From Macrostomum lignano (Eukaryota): DNA of 64,000 nucleotides. Below the pieces are notes generated by a model. That model had not been told where the DNA came from. It did no database searches and saw only the letters and a list, made by a program, of their open reading frames with translations. This document shows positions 15,401-26,049 of this stretch, piece by piece. The stretch covers positions 103,126 through 167,125 of the forward strand of contig NIVC01002502.1 in the NCBI GenBank assembly GCA_002269645.1. The letters run 5' to 3'. Position numbers and translations under genes: made by a program. How positions within the stretch are numbered: position 1 is the first letter of the stretch; every line of letters begins with the position of its first letter.

Positions 15401-18400
15401 ACTGCTGACAAACTGACTACTGACAAACTGACTGCTGATAAACTGGCTGCTGACAAACTGACTGCTGACAAACTGACTGCTGACAAACTGACTGCTGACA
15501 AACTGACTGCTGACAAACTGGCTGCTGACAAACTGACTGCTGACAAACTGACTGCTGACAAACTGACTGCTGACTGCTGACAAACTGGCTGCTGACAAAC
15601 TGACTGCTGACAAACTGACTGCTGATAAACTGACTGCTGACAAACTGACAAACTGACTGCTGACAAACTGGCTGCTGATAAACTGACTGCTGACAAACTG
15701 ACTGCTGACAAACTGACTGCTGACAAACTGACTGCTGACTGCTGACAAACTGGCTGCTGATAAACACACTGCTGATAAACTGACTGCTGACAAACTGACA
15801 AACTGACTGCTGACAAACTGACTGCTGACAAACTGACTGCTGATAAACTGACTGCTGACAAACTGACTGCTGATAAACTGACTGCTGACAAACTGACTGC
15901 TGACAAACTGACTGCTGACAAACTGACTGCTGACAAACTGACTGCTGATAAACTGACTGCTGATAAACTGACTGCTGACAAACTGACTGCTGATAAACTG
16001 GCTGCTGACAAACTGACTGCTGATAAACTGACTGCTGACAAACTGACTGCTGACAAACTGACTGCTGACAAACTGACTGCTGATAAACTGGCTGCTGACA
16101 AACTGACTGCTGACAAACTGACTGCTGACAAACTGACTGCTGACAAACTGACTGCTGACAAACTGACTGCTGACAAACTGACTGCTGATAAACTGGCTGC
16201 TGACAAACTGACTGCTGACAAACTGACTGCTGACAAACTGACAAACTGACTGCTGACAAACTGACTGCTGATAAACTGACTGCTGACAAACTGGCTGCTG
16301 ACTGCTGACAAACTGACTGCTGACAAACTGACAAACTGACTGCTGATAAACTGACTGCTGACAAACTGACAAACTGACTGCTGATAAACTGATTGCTGAC
16401 AAACTGACAAACTGACTGCTGACAAACTGACTGCTGACTGCTGATAAACTGACTGCTGATAAACTGACTGCTGACAAACTGACAAACTGACTGCTGACAA
16501 ACTGACTGCTGACAAACTGACAAACTGACTGCTGACAAACTGACTGCTGACAAACTGACTACTGATAAACTGACTGCTGACAAACTGACTGCTGATAAAC
16601 TGACTGCTGACAAACTGACTGCTGACAAACTGACAAACTGACTGCTGACAAACTGACTACTGACAAACTGACTGCTGACAAACTGACAAACTGACTGCTG
16701 ATAAACTGACTGCTGACAAACTGACAAACTGACTGCTGACAAACTGACTACTGACAAACTGACTGCTGACAAACTGACTGCTGACAAACTGACAAACTGA
16801 CTGCTGACAAACTGACTACTGACAAACTGACTGCTGACAAACTGACTGCTGACAAACTGACAAACTGACTGCTGATAAACTGACTGCTGACAAACTGACA
16901 AACTGACTGCTGACAAACTGACTGCTGACAAACTGACAAACTGACTGCTGACAAACTGACAAACTGACTGCTGACAAACTGACTACTGACAAACCGACTG
17001 CTGACAAACTGACTGCTGACAAACTGACTGCTGATAAACTGACTGCTGACAAACTGACTGCTGATAAACTGACTGCTGATAAACTGACTGCTGACAAACT
17101 GACTGCTGACAAACTGACTGCTGACAAACTGACTGCTGACAAACTGACTGCTGACTGCTGACAAACTGACTACTGACAAACTGACTGCTGATAAACTGGC
17201 TGCTGACAAACTGACTGCTGACAAACTGACTGCTGACAAACTGACTGCTGACAAACTGACTGCTGACAAACTGGCTGCTGACAAACTGACTGCTGACAAA
17301 CTGACTGCTGACAAACTGACTGCTGACTGCTGACAAACTGGCTGCTGACAAACTGACTGCTGACAAACTGACTGCTGATAAACTGACTGCTGACAAACTG
17401 ACAAACTGACTGCTGACAAACTGGCTGCTGATAAACTGACTGCTGACAAACTGACTGCTGACAAACTGACTGCTGACAAACTGACTGCTGACTGCTGACA
17501 AACTGGCTGCTGATAAACTGACTGCTGATAAACTGACTGCTGACAAACTGACAAACTGACTGCTGACAAACTGACTGCTGACAAACTGACTGCTGATAAA
17601 CTGACTGCTGACAAACTGACTGCTGACAAACTGACTGCTGACAAACTGACTGCTGACAAACTGACTGCTGATAAACTGACTGCTGATAAACTGACTGCTG
17701 ACAAACTGACTGCTGATAAACTGGCTGCTGACAAACTGACTGCTGATAAACTGACTGCTGACAAACTGACTGCTGACAAACTGACTGCTGACAAACTGAC
17801 TGCTGATAAACTGGCTGCTGACAAACTGACTGCTGACAAACTGACTGCTGACAAACTGACTGCTGACAAACTGACTGCTGACAAACTGACTGCTGACAAA
17901 CTGACTGCTGATAAACTGGCTGCTGACAAACTGACTGCTGACAAACTGACTGCTGACAAACTGACAAACTGACTGCTGACAAACTGACTGCTGATAAACT
18001 GACTGCTGACAAACTGGCTGCTGACTGCTGACAAACTGACTGCTGACAAACTGACAAACTGACTGCTGATAAACTGACTGCTGACAAACTGACAAACTGA
18101 CTGCTGATAAACTGATTGCTGACAAACTGACAAACTGACTGCTGACAAACTGACTGCTGACTGCTGATAAACTGACTGCTGACAAACTGACAAACTGACT
18201 GCTGACAAACTGACTGCTGACAAACTGACAAACTGACTGCTGACAAACTGACTGCTGACAAACTGACTACTGATAAACTGACTGCTGACAAACTGACTGC
18301 TGATAAACTGACTGCTGACAAACTGACTGCTGACAAACTGACAAACTGACTGCTGACAAACTGACTACTGACAAACTGACTGCTGACAAACTGACAAACT

Positions 18401-18741
18401 GACTGCTGATAAACTGACTGCTGACAAACTGACAAACTGACTGCTGACAAACTGACTACTGACAAACTGACTGCTGACAAACTGACTGCTGACAAACTGA
18501 CAAACTGACTGCTGACAAACTGACTGCTGACAAACTGACTGCTGACAAACTGACTGCTGACAAACTGACAAACTGACTGCTGATAAACTGACTGCTGACA
18601 AACTGACAAACTGACTGCTGACAAACTGACTGCTGACAAACTGACTGCTGACAAACTGACAAACTGACTGCTGACAAACTGACAAACTGACTGCTGACAA
18701 ACTGACTACTGACAAACCGACTGCTGACAAACTGACTACTA
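423..18741. repeat. Intronic 15-bp satellite (CTGACAAACTGACTG)n, about 1,200 units, 18.3 kb
   Basis: Direct reading. The unit is an 8-mer CTGACAAA plus a 7-mer CTGACTG, with recurrent variants (CTGATAAA, CTGGCTG, CTGACTA) and occasional doubled 8-mers or 7-mers. It lies between donor aag|gtgagt (18772) and acceptor cag| (388). Confidence 0.98.
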
Positions 18742-18772
18742 CAGGTAACTAATCTTAACCAACACAACTCAC

Positions 18773-18867
18773 CTTGTCCATAGACATCTGAACACGACAA
18801 GCAGATTTGCAGTGAGTCGGTTTTAAAGTTTTCCGATACCACTGCTCCAGGTAGCGCGTGAACAGGT
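18773..18867 (-). CDS. Internal exon of the C14orf93-like gene
   Basis: ttgcag|AC CTG TTC...GAC AAG|gtgagt, 95 nt, phase 1 to 0, encoding (N)LFTRYLEQWYRKTLKPTHCKSACRVQMSMDK. Joins in frame to the 1..387 exon. Confidence 0.75.
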
Positions 18868-18953
18868 CTGCAACCATTATTGTGAGATGATGCAAGCTCT
18901 CGTAAGAAGCCCAGGTGAGAAACAGCCTAAGCTAAAGACATGAGTGTACTCAC

Positions 18954-19051
18954 TCTTCCAAGACTTCACATCGGGCGTCGGCTTAGCACTCATAGCCACT
19001 GCGCGATTGATAATAATCTCAGCTGCTGCTCGGTTACCAGGGGCAGAGTAC
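18954..19051 (-). CDS. Internal exon of the C14orf93-like gene
   Basis: catcag|G TAC TCT...TGG AAG A|gtgagt, 98 nt, phase 2 to 1, encoding YSAPGNRAAAEIIINRAVAMSAKPTPDVKSWK. Phases match both neighbours. Confidence 0.75.
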
Positions 19052-19100
19052 CTGATGTAGGGCGATGGTCAACTGCTGCTTAGCTTGAGCAATAGGCTGC

Positions 19101-19940
19101 CTGACACACTCAATCTCTTTCTGACACACTCAATCTCTTTCTGACACACTCAATCTCTTTCTGACACACTCAATCTCTTCCTGACACACTCAATCTCTTC
19201 CTGACACACTCAATCTCTTCCTGACACACTCAATCTCTTTCTGACACACTCAATCTCTTTCTGACACACTCAATCTCTTCCTGACACACTCAATCTCTTC
19301 CTGACACACTCAATCTCTTCCTGACACACTCAATCTCTTTCTGACACACTCAATCTCTTTCTGACACACTCAATCTCTTCCTGACACACTCAATCTCTTC
19401 CTGACACACTTGATCTCTTCCTGACACACTCAATCTCTTCCTGACACACTCAATCTCTTCCTGACACACTTGATCTCTTCTTGACACACTTGATCTCTTC
19501 CTGGCACACTTGATCTCTTCCTGGCACACTTGATCTCTTCCTGACACACTTGATCTCTTCCTGACACACTCAATCTCTTCCTGACACTCAATCTCTTCCT
19601 GACACACTCAATCTCTTTCTGACACACTTGATCTCTTCCTGACACACTCAATCTCTTCCTGACACACTCAATCTCTTCCTGACACACTCAATCTCTTCCT
19701 GACACACTCAATCTCTTCCTGACACACTCAATCTCTTCCTGGCACACTTGATCTCTTCCTGACACACTCAATCTCTTCATGACACACTCAATCTCTTCAT
19801 GACACACTCAATCTCTTCCTGACACAATTGATCTCTCCCTGACACAATTGATCTCACCCTGACACAATTGATCTCTTCTTGACACACTTTTTCTCAATTC
19901 TCAATTCTCAATTCTCAATTCTCATTTCTCAATTCTCAAT
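19101..19940. repeat. 20-bp minisatellite (CTGACACACTCAATCTCTTC)n followed by a short (TCAATTC)n
   Basis: Direct reading; lies in intron 19052-20312. Confidence 0.95.
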
Positions 19941-19984
19941 TAACACACTTGGAACTCAATCGCTCCCAGATCCACATCCATGGA

Positions 19985-20296
19985 TACTGACTCCAATCCA
20001 CAGCTACTGACCCCAATCCACAGCCACTGACCCCAATCCACAGCCACTGACCCCAATCCACAGCCACTGACCCCAATCCACAGCCACTGACCCTAATCCA
20101 CAGCCACTGACCCCAATCCACAGCCACTGACCACAATCAACAGCCACTGACCCCAATCCACAGCCACTGACCACAATCAACAGCCACTGACCCCAATCCA
20201 CAGCCACTGACCACAATCAACAGCCACTGACCCCAATCCACAGCCACTGACCCCAATCCACAGCCACTGACCGCAATCCACAGCTACTGACCCCAC
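19985..20296. repeat. 20-bp minisatellite (CAGCCACTGACCCCAATCCA)n
   Basis: Direct reading; about 15 copies in the same intron. Confidence 0.95.
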
Positions 20297-20312
20297 CCAA
20301 ACCGTGACTCAC

Positions 20313-21044
20313 GACTTGGTAAAGTCGAAGAGCTCCTGGCCCTCAGACTGCAGCAGTCTGTAAGCCCGCCTCAGCAGCTGTTTCCAGCTGTCCGACAGGC
20401 TTTTGGTTGCGCTGTCCCTGACAGAAGAGCTGCTAGGGGTAGCCGCAGCCGCGGCCGCAGCAGTCGAAGCCAAAGCGCTGCTAACCGCAGCGGAATACCG
20501 ACGCCTAGACAAGCGCGAGCCGCTTACTATGAGTAGCAGAACTAGGAGTAACTTTCGAATTGGAGCCAGCAGAGGGTGATTTTAATTTAGCCGCAGCGGG
20601 CGTCAACGAGGCTGGTTTAGCGGCCCTGCCAACTGCCTGCGAATTGTTGGTCGATGTTGACGAGCGCCGACCGTTTCTCTTCAGAGAAACGCAACTGCCG
20701 CCGCCGCTCTTTGGTGTTGCCGACATTGATTTGACCTCGACGCTGGCATCGGATTGCTGCTTATTGCTGTACAATTCAGCTAAGCGGATTATCCTACTAG
20801 CCGAAGGCTCCACGCATTCAACTAATCTGCCGTGCAGTTGAGAAACTATTCTCAATGCCAGAACCAAGTCGGCCAGCTCCATCGACTCAAGCAGCATTTG
20901 AGCATTGTGTATGGTGCATTCGAATAGCGCTATGGACGAGAATGGCTGGCCGTCGGTTGCCGACGCCCCCGCCGCAGCGATTGCCGCAGTTCCAGGCAAA
21001 TCCGGCAGAGAAGGAATGGGTGACTCGCACAATAGGGTGGCCAT
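20313..21044 (-). CDS. Probable first coding exon of the C14orf93-like gene, with a frameshift between 20508 and about 20590
   Basis: ATG at 21044 (MATLLCESPIP...) runs to a TAG at 20505-20507. The adjacent frame continues SRRRYSAAV...WKQLLRRAYRLLQSEGQELFDFTKS and ends at donor tc|gtgagt (20312), phase 2, matching the next exon. Confidence 0.6.
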
Positions 21045-21119
21045 GGATTCACCAGTTGGGATTTGAGAGGCAGAATAGCAGAGATTGGACCATTGAGTTA
21101 TAAGTGCACATATGACAGA

Positions 21120-21790
21120 TACTGACGCCAATGCGATTGCTTACTGACACTAATCCTACAGATACTGACACTAATCCGATAGATAAATACACAAATTCGA
21201 CAGATACTGACAATAATCCTGCAGATACTGACAGTCTGACACTAATCCTGCAGTTACAGACACTAATCCTGCAGATTCTGACACTAATTCTGCAGATACT
21301 GACACTAATCCTGCGGTTTTGACACTAATCCTGCAGATTCTGACACTAATCCTGCAGTTACTGACACTAATCCTGCAGACACTGACACTAATCCTGCAGA
21401 TTCTGACACTAATTCTACAGATACTGACACTAATCCTGCAGACACTGACACTAATCCTGCGGTTTTGACACTAATCCTGCAGATTCTGACACTAATCCTG
21501 CGGTTTTGACACTAATCCTGCAGACACTGACACTAATCCTGCAGATTCTGACACTAATTCTACAGATACTGACACTAATCCTGCAGATACTGACACTAAT
21601 CCTGCGGTTTTGACACTAATCCTGCAGATACTGACACTAATCCTGCGGTTTTGACACTAATCCTGCAGATTCTGACACTAATCCTGCAGTTACTGACACT
21701 AATCCTGCAGACACTGACACTAATCCTGCAGATTCTGACACTAATTCTACAGATACTGACACTAATCCTGCAGACACTGACACTAACACT
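21120..21790. repeat. 21-bp minisatellite (CTGACACTAATCCTGCAGATA)n
   Basis: Direct reading. Confidence 0.95.
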
Positions 21791-22160
21791 ATGAATACTA
21801 TCATTCACCCTGTATCTTTCAGTGTATCTGTATGATTCTAAACTAATATTTGAAAAGAATAAGCCATAAATGGTAACTTTATTGAAATAACACGACAGTT
21901 ACTTCTAAAAACTGTACATTCGCACTTGTAATAGGCGAAACATTTCGAGCTATAAACATTTTAACACTGCTTAAGTGCATTACTGTGACTAGCGACTGAG
22001 CGCCGAGCAGTCATAAATTAGAAAATGTCAAATTAAACAATAAAGATAAATACAATTATTAACTATATAATAAGATTTTCACGCTGAAACACACGCGACA
22101 CAACAATAGCATAAGCTAGGATTTCTTTTGAGGTTTCAGAGGCCATTCATCAGGGGTTGC

Positions 22161-22432
22161 GAAGGGTGATTCTTCAAATGTTGTGAAGGGCGATTCTTCA
22201 GAGGTTGTGAAGGGCGATTCTTCAGAGGTTGTGAAGGGCGATTCTTCAGAGGTGTGAAAGGCGATTTTTCAAGGGTTGTGAAGGGCGATTCTTCAGAGGT
22301 TGTGAAGGGCGATTCTTCAGAGGTTGTGAAGGGCGATTCTTCAGAGGTGTGAAGGGTGATTCTTCAGAGATTGATTATTCAGGATTTTGAAGGCCGATTC
22401 TCCAAGGGTATCATGATTCGGGGGTTTGAAGG
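22161..22432. repeat. 24-bp minisatellite (GAAGGGCGATTCTTCAGAGGTTGT)n
   Basis: About 10 imperfect copies just downstream of the SMARCC-like stop codon. Confidence 0.9.
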
Positions 22433-22491
22433 GTTCTATCAGTTTCCATCAGTTGATGAAGCTTAACAAACTCAGGCTATCTGGCATCAGC

Positions 22492-25435
22492 TCAGTCGTC
22501 ATCGCTGCCCGGTCGGTGAGGTCGATGACGCGATCGCGGCGGCTGCATCCGACGCTGCTGTTGTTGCTGCTGCTGCTGCTTCTGCTGCTGTTGCTGCTGT
22601 TTTAATTGCTGCTCCTCAAAGATTCGCTGATGTTCTCGCTGAAGCTGTTCGTGCAGGCTGACTCGCTCTTCGAATACGCGCTGCGACTGCGCCTCCGCGC
22701 TGTCGATCTCCCGCTGAACGTGGGCCTCCAGATCCGACAGGTGCCGCAGCTTCAGCTCCAATCGGCGCATCTGCGCGTCAGTTAGCACTGCTAGCAGGGC
22801 TCGAACCCGGGACCGCTCCGACTCGGCTAGGCTGGCACTTTTCTCGGCGCCTGCGCGCAGAGCCGCCTCAGCAATGCGGCTGGCGGCGGCTTCCAGCTGT
22901 GCGGTGGTTGCCGCTGGCTTCTTCTTGCTGTCCGCTGCAGCCTGCGGCAGCCAATGCAGGTGCAAGAGATTAATGGGAATAATCCGATTGTTTACTGTCA
23001 CTAATCCAATTGTTACTGACACTAATCCGATTTTTGACACTAATCCTAACAAACACGCTAATCCCAAACAAGCACTGACGCTAATCCCAACAGACACTGA
23101 CGCTAATCCCAACAGACACTGACGCAAATCCCAACAGACACTGACGCTAATACCAACAGACACTGACGCTAATCCCAACACACACTGACGCTAATCCCCA
23201 CAGACACTGACGCTAATCCCAACAGACACTGACGCTAATCCCCAAAGACACTGACGCTAATCCCAACAGACACTGACGCTAATCCCAACAGACACTGACG
23301 CTAATCCCAACAGACACTGACGCTAATCCCCAAAGACACTGACGCTAATCCCAACAGACACTGACGCTAATCCCAACAGACACTGACGCTAATCCCAACA
23401 GACACTGACGCTAATCCCAACAGACACTGACGCTAATCCCCACAGACACTGACGCTAATCCCAACAGACACTGACGCTAATCCCCACAGAAACTGACGCT
23501 AATCCCAACAGACACTGACGCTAATCCCAAAGACACTGACGCTAATCCCCAACAGACACTGACGCTAATCCCCAACAGACACTGACGCTAATCCCAACAG
23601 ACACTGACGCTAATCCCAACAGACACTGACGCTAATCCCCACAGACACGAACCCAGTAGTTCCTCACCGTTTTTTCTTTCCCTTCGGAAGGCGCGCCGGC
23701 GCTGCCAGCTTCGACGTCAAGCCGTCCGTACTCAGCTAGCGCGGCCAGAGCGGCGGCTGCGCCAACCCGAGGATCAACCGAGCTGGCTAGGAAAGCCACT
23801 GTGCACATGGCCGGATTAGCAGCCTTAGAGAATGGCGCCAGACTAGAATCGGCGCTAGCTAGCGGGCCTAGCGCCTCCTCGGCACCGTCTAAATACGGAT
23901 CGGCAATGGGCAGGCGCAGCATCTGCACAATGCACTCTTCCTGGGTGCGGCCGGACCCGACCCGGTCGGCCACCCGAGCCCAGTCTTCGCCGTAGAGCTC
24001 AACAGCCTCCAGCAGGGCCAGGACCTCCGCCTCCGACCAGCCGCCGCGACCGCCGCCGCGGGAGCCGAAACTCGAAGCCGCCTGTTCGAGTCTAAGGCCG
24101 AAACTCGAGGCGCCGGGCCGGGTGGATGACGAGGCGGCGGCTGTTGAAATCGACGGTGCCTAATGGGGAATTTCAATATGGGCTTGCTTATATCTAGAAC
24201 AAGAAAAACTAGACTATTTCTAAGAAAAATCACTCAGATAAACATGCGAATGAACTTTACTAAGTTCCCAAGACCTCTGAGGAAGCGCAAAATTACATAC
24301 ATGCGCAAAACTTGGCCGGCAGAGGAGCCCAGCCACCAAGGTAAGTCGCAAAAATTCCACCCAAAACTACTAAATAGATGCCGAGGCATTTAGCCTTAAT
24401 ATTACAATAATAGTTACTCCTGCCGTTTACCCAAAATTACATTAATTTGCTTTGGTTCCTTTTAAAGGTAAGTAAATCAGAGATTCAGAGGGGTCGCGCG
24501 TGTATGCGCAAAAAAACTCATAGAGAAAAAGAAGTGACTCTAAATAAACGACTCTAAAACGACGATATGTCACGGTACCAGCCGCCAAAAAAGTCGTCAA
24601 AGAGTCTGCTAAGAATCAATCAACTCAATCAATTTGAGGTTATTTACTTTGTATATTGTCTGCGACTCTTGGACTAAACACTCGCCTCTTCGCCGCATTG
24701 CAGTCGTTAAAAAAGTCCCAAGAGTCCCAATTGAGGTATTTGCAATGCCTTTTAGCGATTCTTGGCATAGCAACGTTTTCAACGGGCAACACTCACCGGT
24801 CCGAAGTCTCTCAGGCCCGGGGCCACATCCGGCGTCATAGATTCGGTCAATCGCAGAGATGCCGGGTGATTCGCTGGGCCACTACTATTACTACTAGCAG
24901 TAGTAGAGCCAGAGCTAGTAGCTAACAGATGACACGGAGCGGCCAAGCCGGGCTCCGTGTGCAGATTAATGAGGCCCCAGTGCTCAAGAAAAGAGTACAG
25001 CTTAGCTAATTGCTTAATATCGCCGCGCAGTCTAGCAGAGCAGCGAGCCAACGTGAGTCGCCTCCGCGGATTGGCCCGATATGTATCGATCATGCAGTTG
25101 CGATAGGCCATGTACAGTGCGGGGCCGCGGCAGCCGCTCCCAGCGGTAAAGTACTTGGGAAAGGCCAGCCGTTCGATACGATGCACGGAGCGGTAGTTGA
25201 ACCAGGCGGCCGCGCGTCTGGGAATCACCAGCGCCGTTGATGACGTCACTTCCGGCGGCGGTGGCGCTGTCAACTCGTCGGGTCGCGACTTTGCCAGCGC
25301 GCCAATCTGGCGCAGCTCCCAGACTCCGGGCGGCCTGGCCAAGTCCTGATGGGTGGACACCTCAGTGAGCCGGTACGGACATTCCGGACTGTTGCGGAAT
25401 TCGTCCGACGGCTGGTCGGATCGGCGAGATCGATT
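22492..25435 (-). CDS. SMARCC: SMARCC/SWI3 (BAF155/170, moira)-like SWI/SNF subunit, 3 coding exons, 5' end unresolved
   Basis: Exons 24797..25435, 23668..24159 and 22492..22941, all phase 0 with GT-AG sites. SWIRM: VIPRRAAAWFNYRSVHRIERLAFPKYF...YMAYRNCMIDTYRANP...FLEHWGLIN. SANT: WSEAEVLALLEAVELYGEDWARVADRVGSGRTQEECIVQMLRLPIADPYL. Also PFSKAANPAMCTVAFLASSVDPRV and the coiled coil QMRRLELKLRHLSDLE, then a poly-Q tail. Confidence 0.92.
23010..23648. repeat. 22-bp minisatellite (CAGACACTGACGCTAATCCCAA)n in SMARCC-like intron 2
   Basis: Direct reading. Confidence 0.95.
24336..24506. repeat. Dispersed ~170-bp repeat, copy 1 (SMARCC-like intron 1)
   Basis: Aligns by eye with 25574-25756: ccaaggtaag...ccaccc aaaa...gaggcattta.cct.aata...tag.tactcctgc.gtttac...gtaag...tgtatg. 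Confidence 0.75.
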
Positions 25436-25573
25436 CTGCGTGTGGTCACAGATAACAGCTGGTTTTGTTCAAATACGCAATGTACTTAAATCTCAGAGCA
25501 TTGCATGTTGTCTCTATATTCTGCTATTACTGTGACATGCCACAAATCAACAATAATCCTTTTTTCACAAAAG

Positions 25574-25756
25574 CCAAGGTAAGCTGCAAAGTGCCCACCC
25601 AAAAATAGACATAGTACTAATTAGATTACGAGGCATTTAACCTAAATAATACAGTCATAGCTACTCCTGCTGTTTACTCGAAAAACATCATTTTTTACTT
25701 TTTTTATAGGTAAGTTGCAGGGCCAGTGTAAATCAGAGGCGGGTTGCACATGTATG
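25574..25756. repeat. Dispersed ~170-bp repeat, copy 2 (CpG-eroded)
   Basis: Same shared blocks as 24336-24506, but with CpGs converted to TG or CA. Confidence 0.75.
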
Positions 25757-26049
25757 ATCCTATAGATTTAATTAAAGCCAACTGGCAATCAAGTCACACG
25801 ACTTGCTTCATTCATACATACACATACGTTATATGAGCAATAAGTAACCTATTATACTTTATTTGTCCATCTAGTCTAGGTATGACTAATCTTAGAAAAT
25901 CATAGTTCAAATTTTTCTAGGCATTGTGGACAAGCATACAAAAATACATTTCCTAGGTTCTTTCTGAACAATTATTTCAAACCAATAAATAATTTAGATA
26001 ATTTTTGTTATACTAATTAGCTAAAGGATTAGAAAATACTATAGTATTT

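Noticed and set aside
342-18842. Giant minus-strand ORFs up to 2,097 aa (SAVSL/SSQFV/QQSVC repeats)
   Set aside because: The core repeat lacks stops in all three minus frames, the frames interconvert at 7- and 8-nt slips, and the array lies within a GT-AG intron.
20505-20527. 23-nt GT-AG mini-intron as a fix for the frameshift
   Set aside because: The phases do not match; splicing it leads to a frame that stops quickly.
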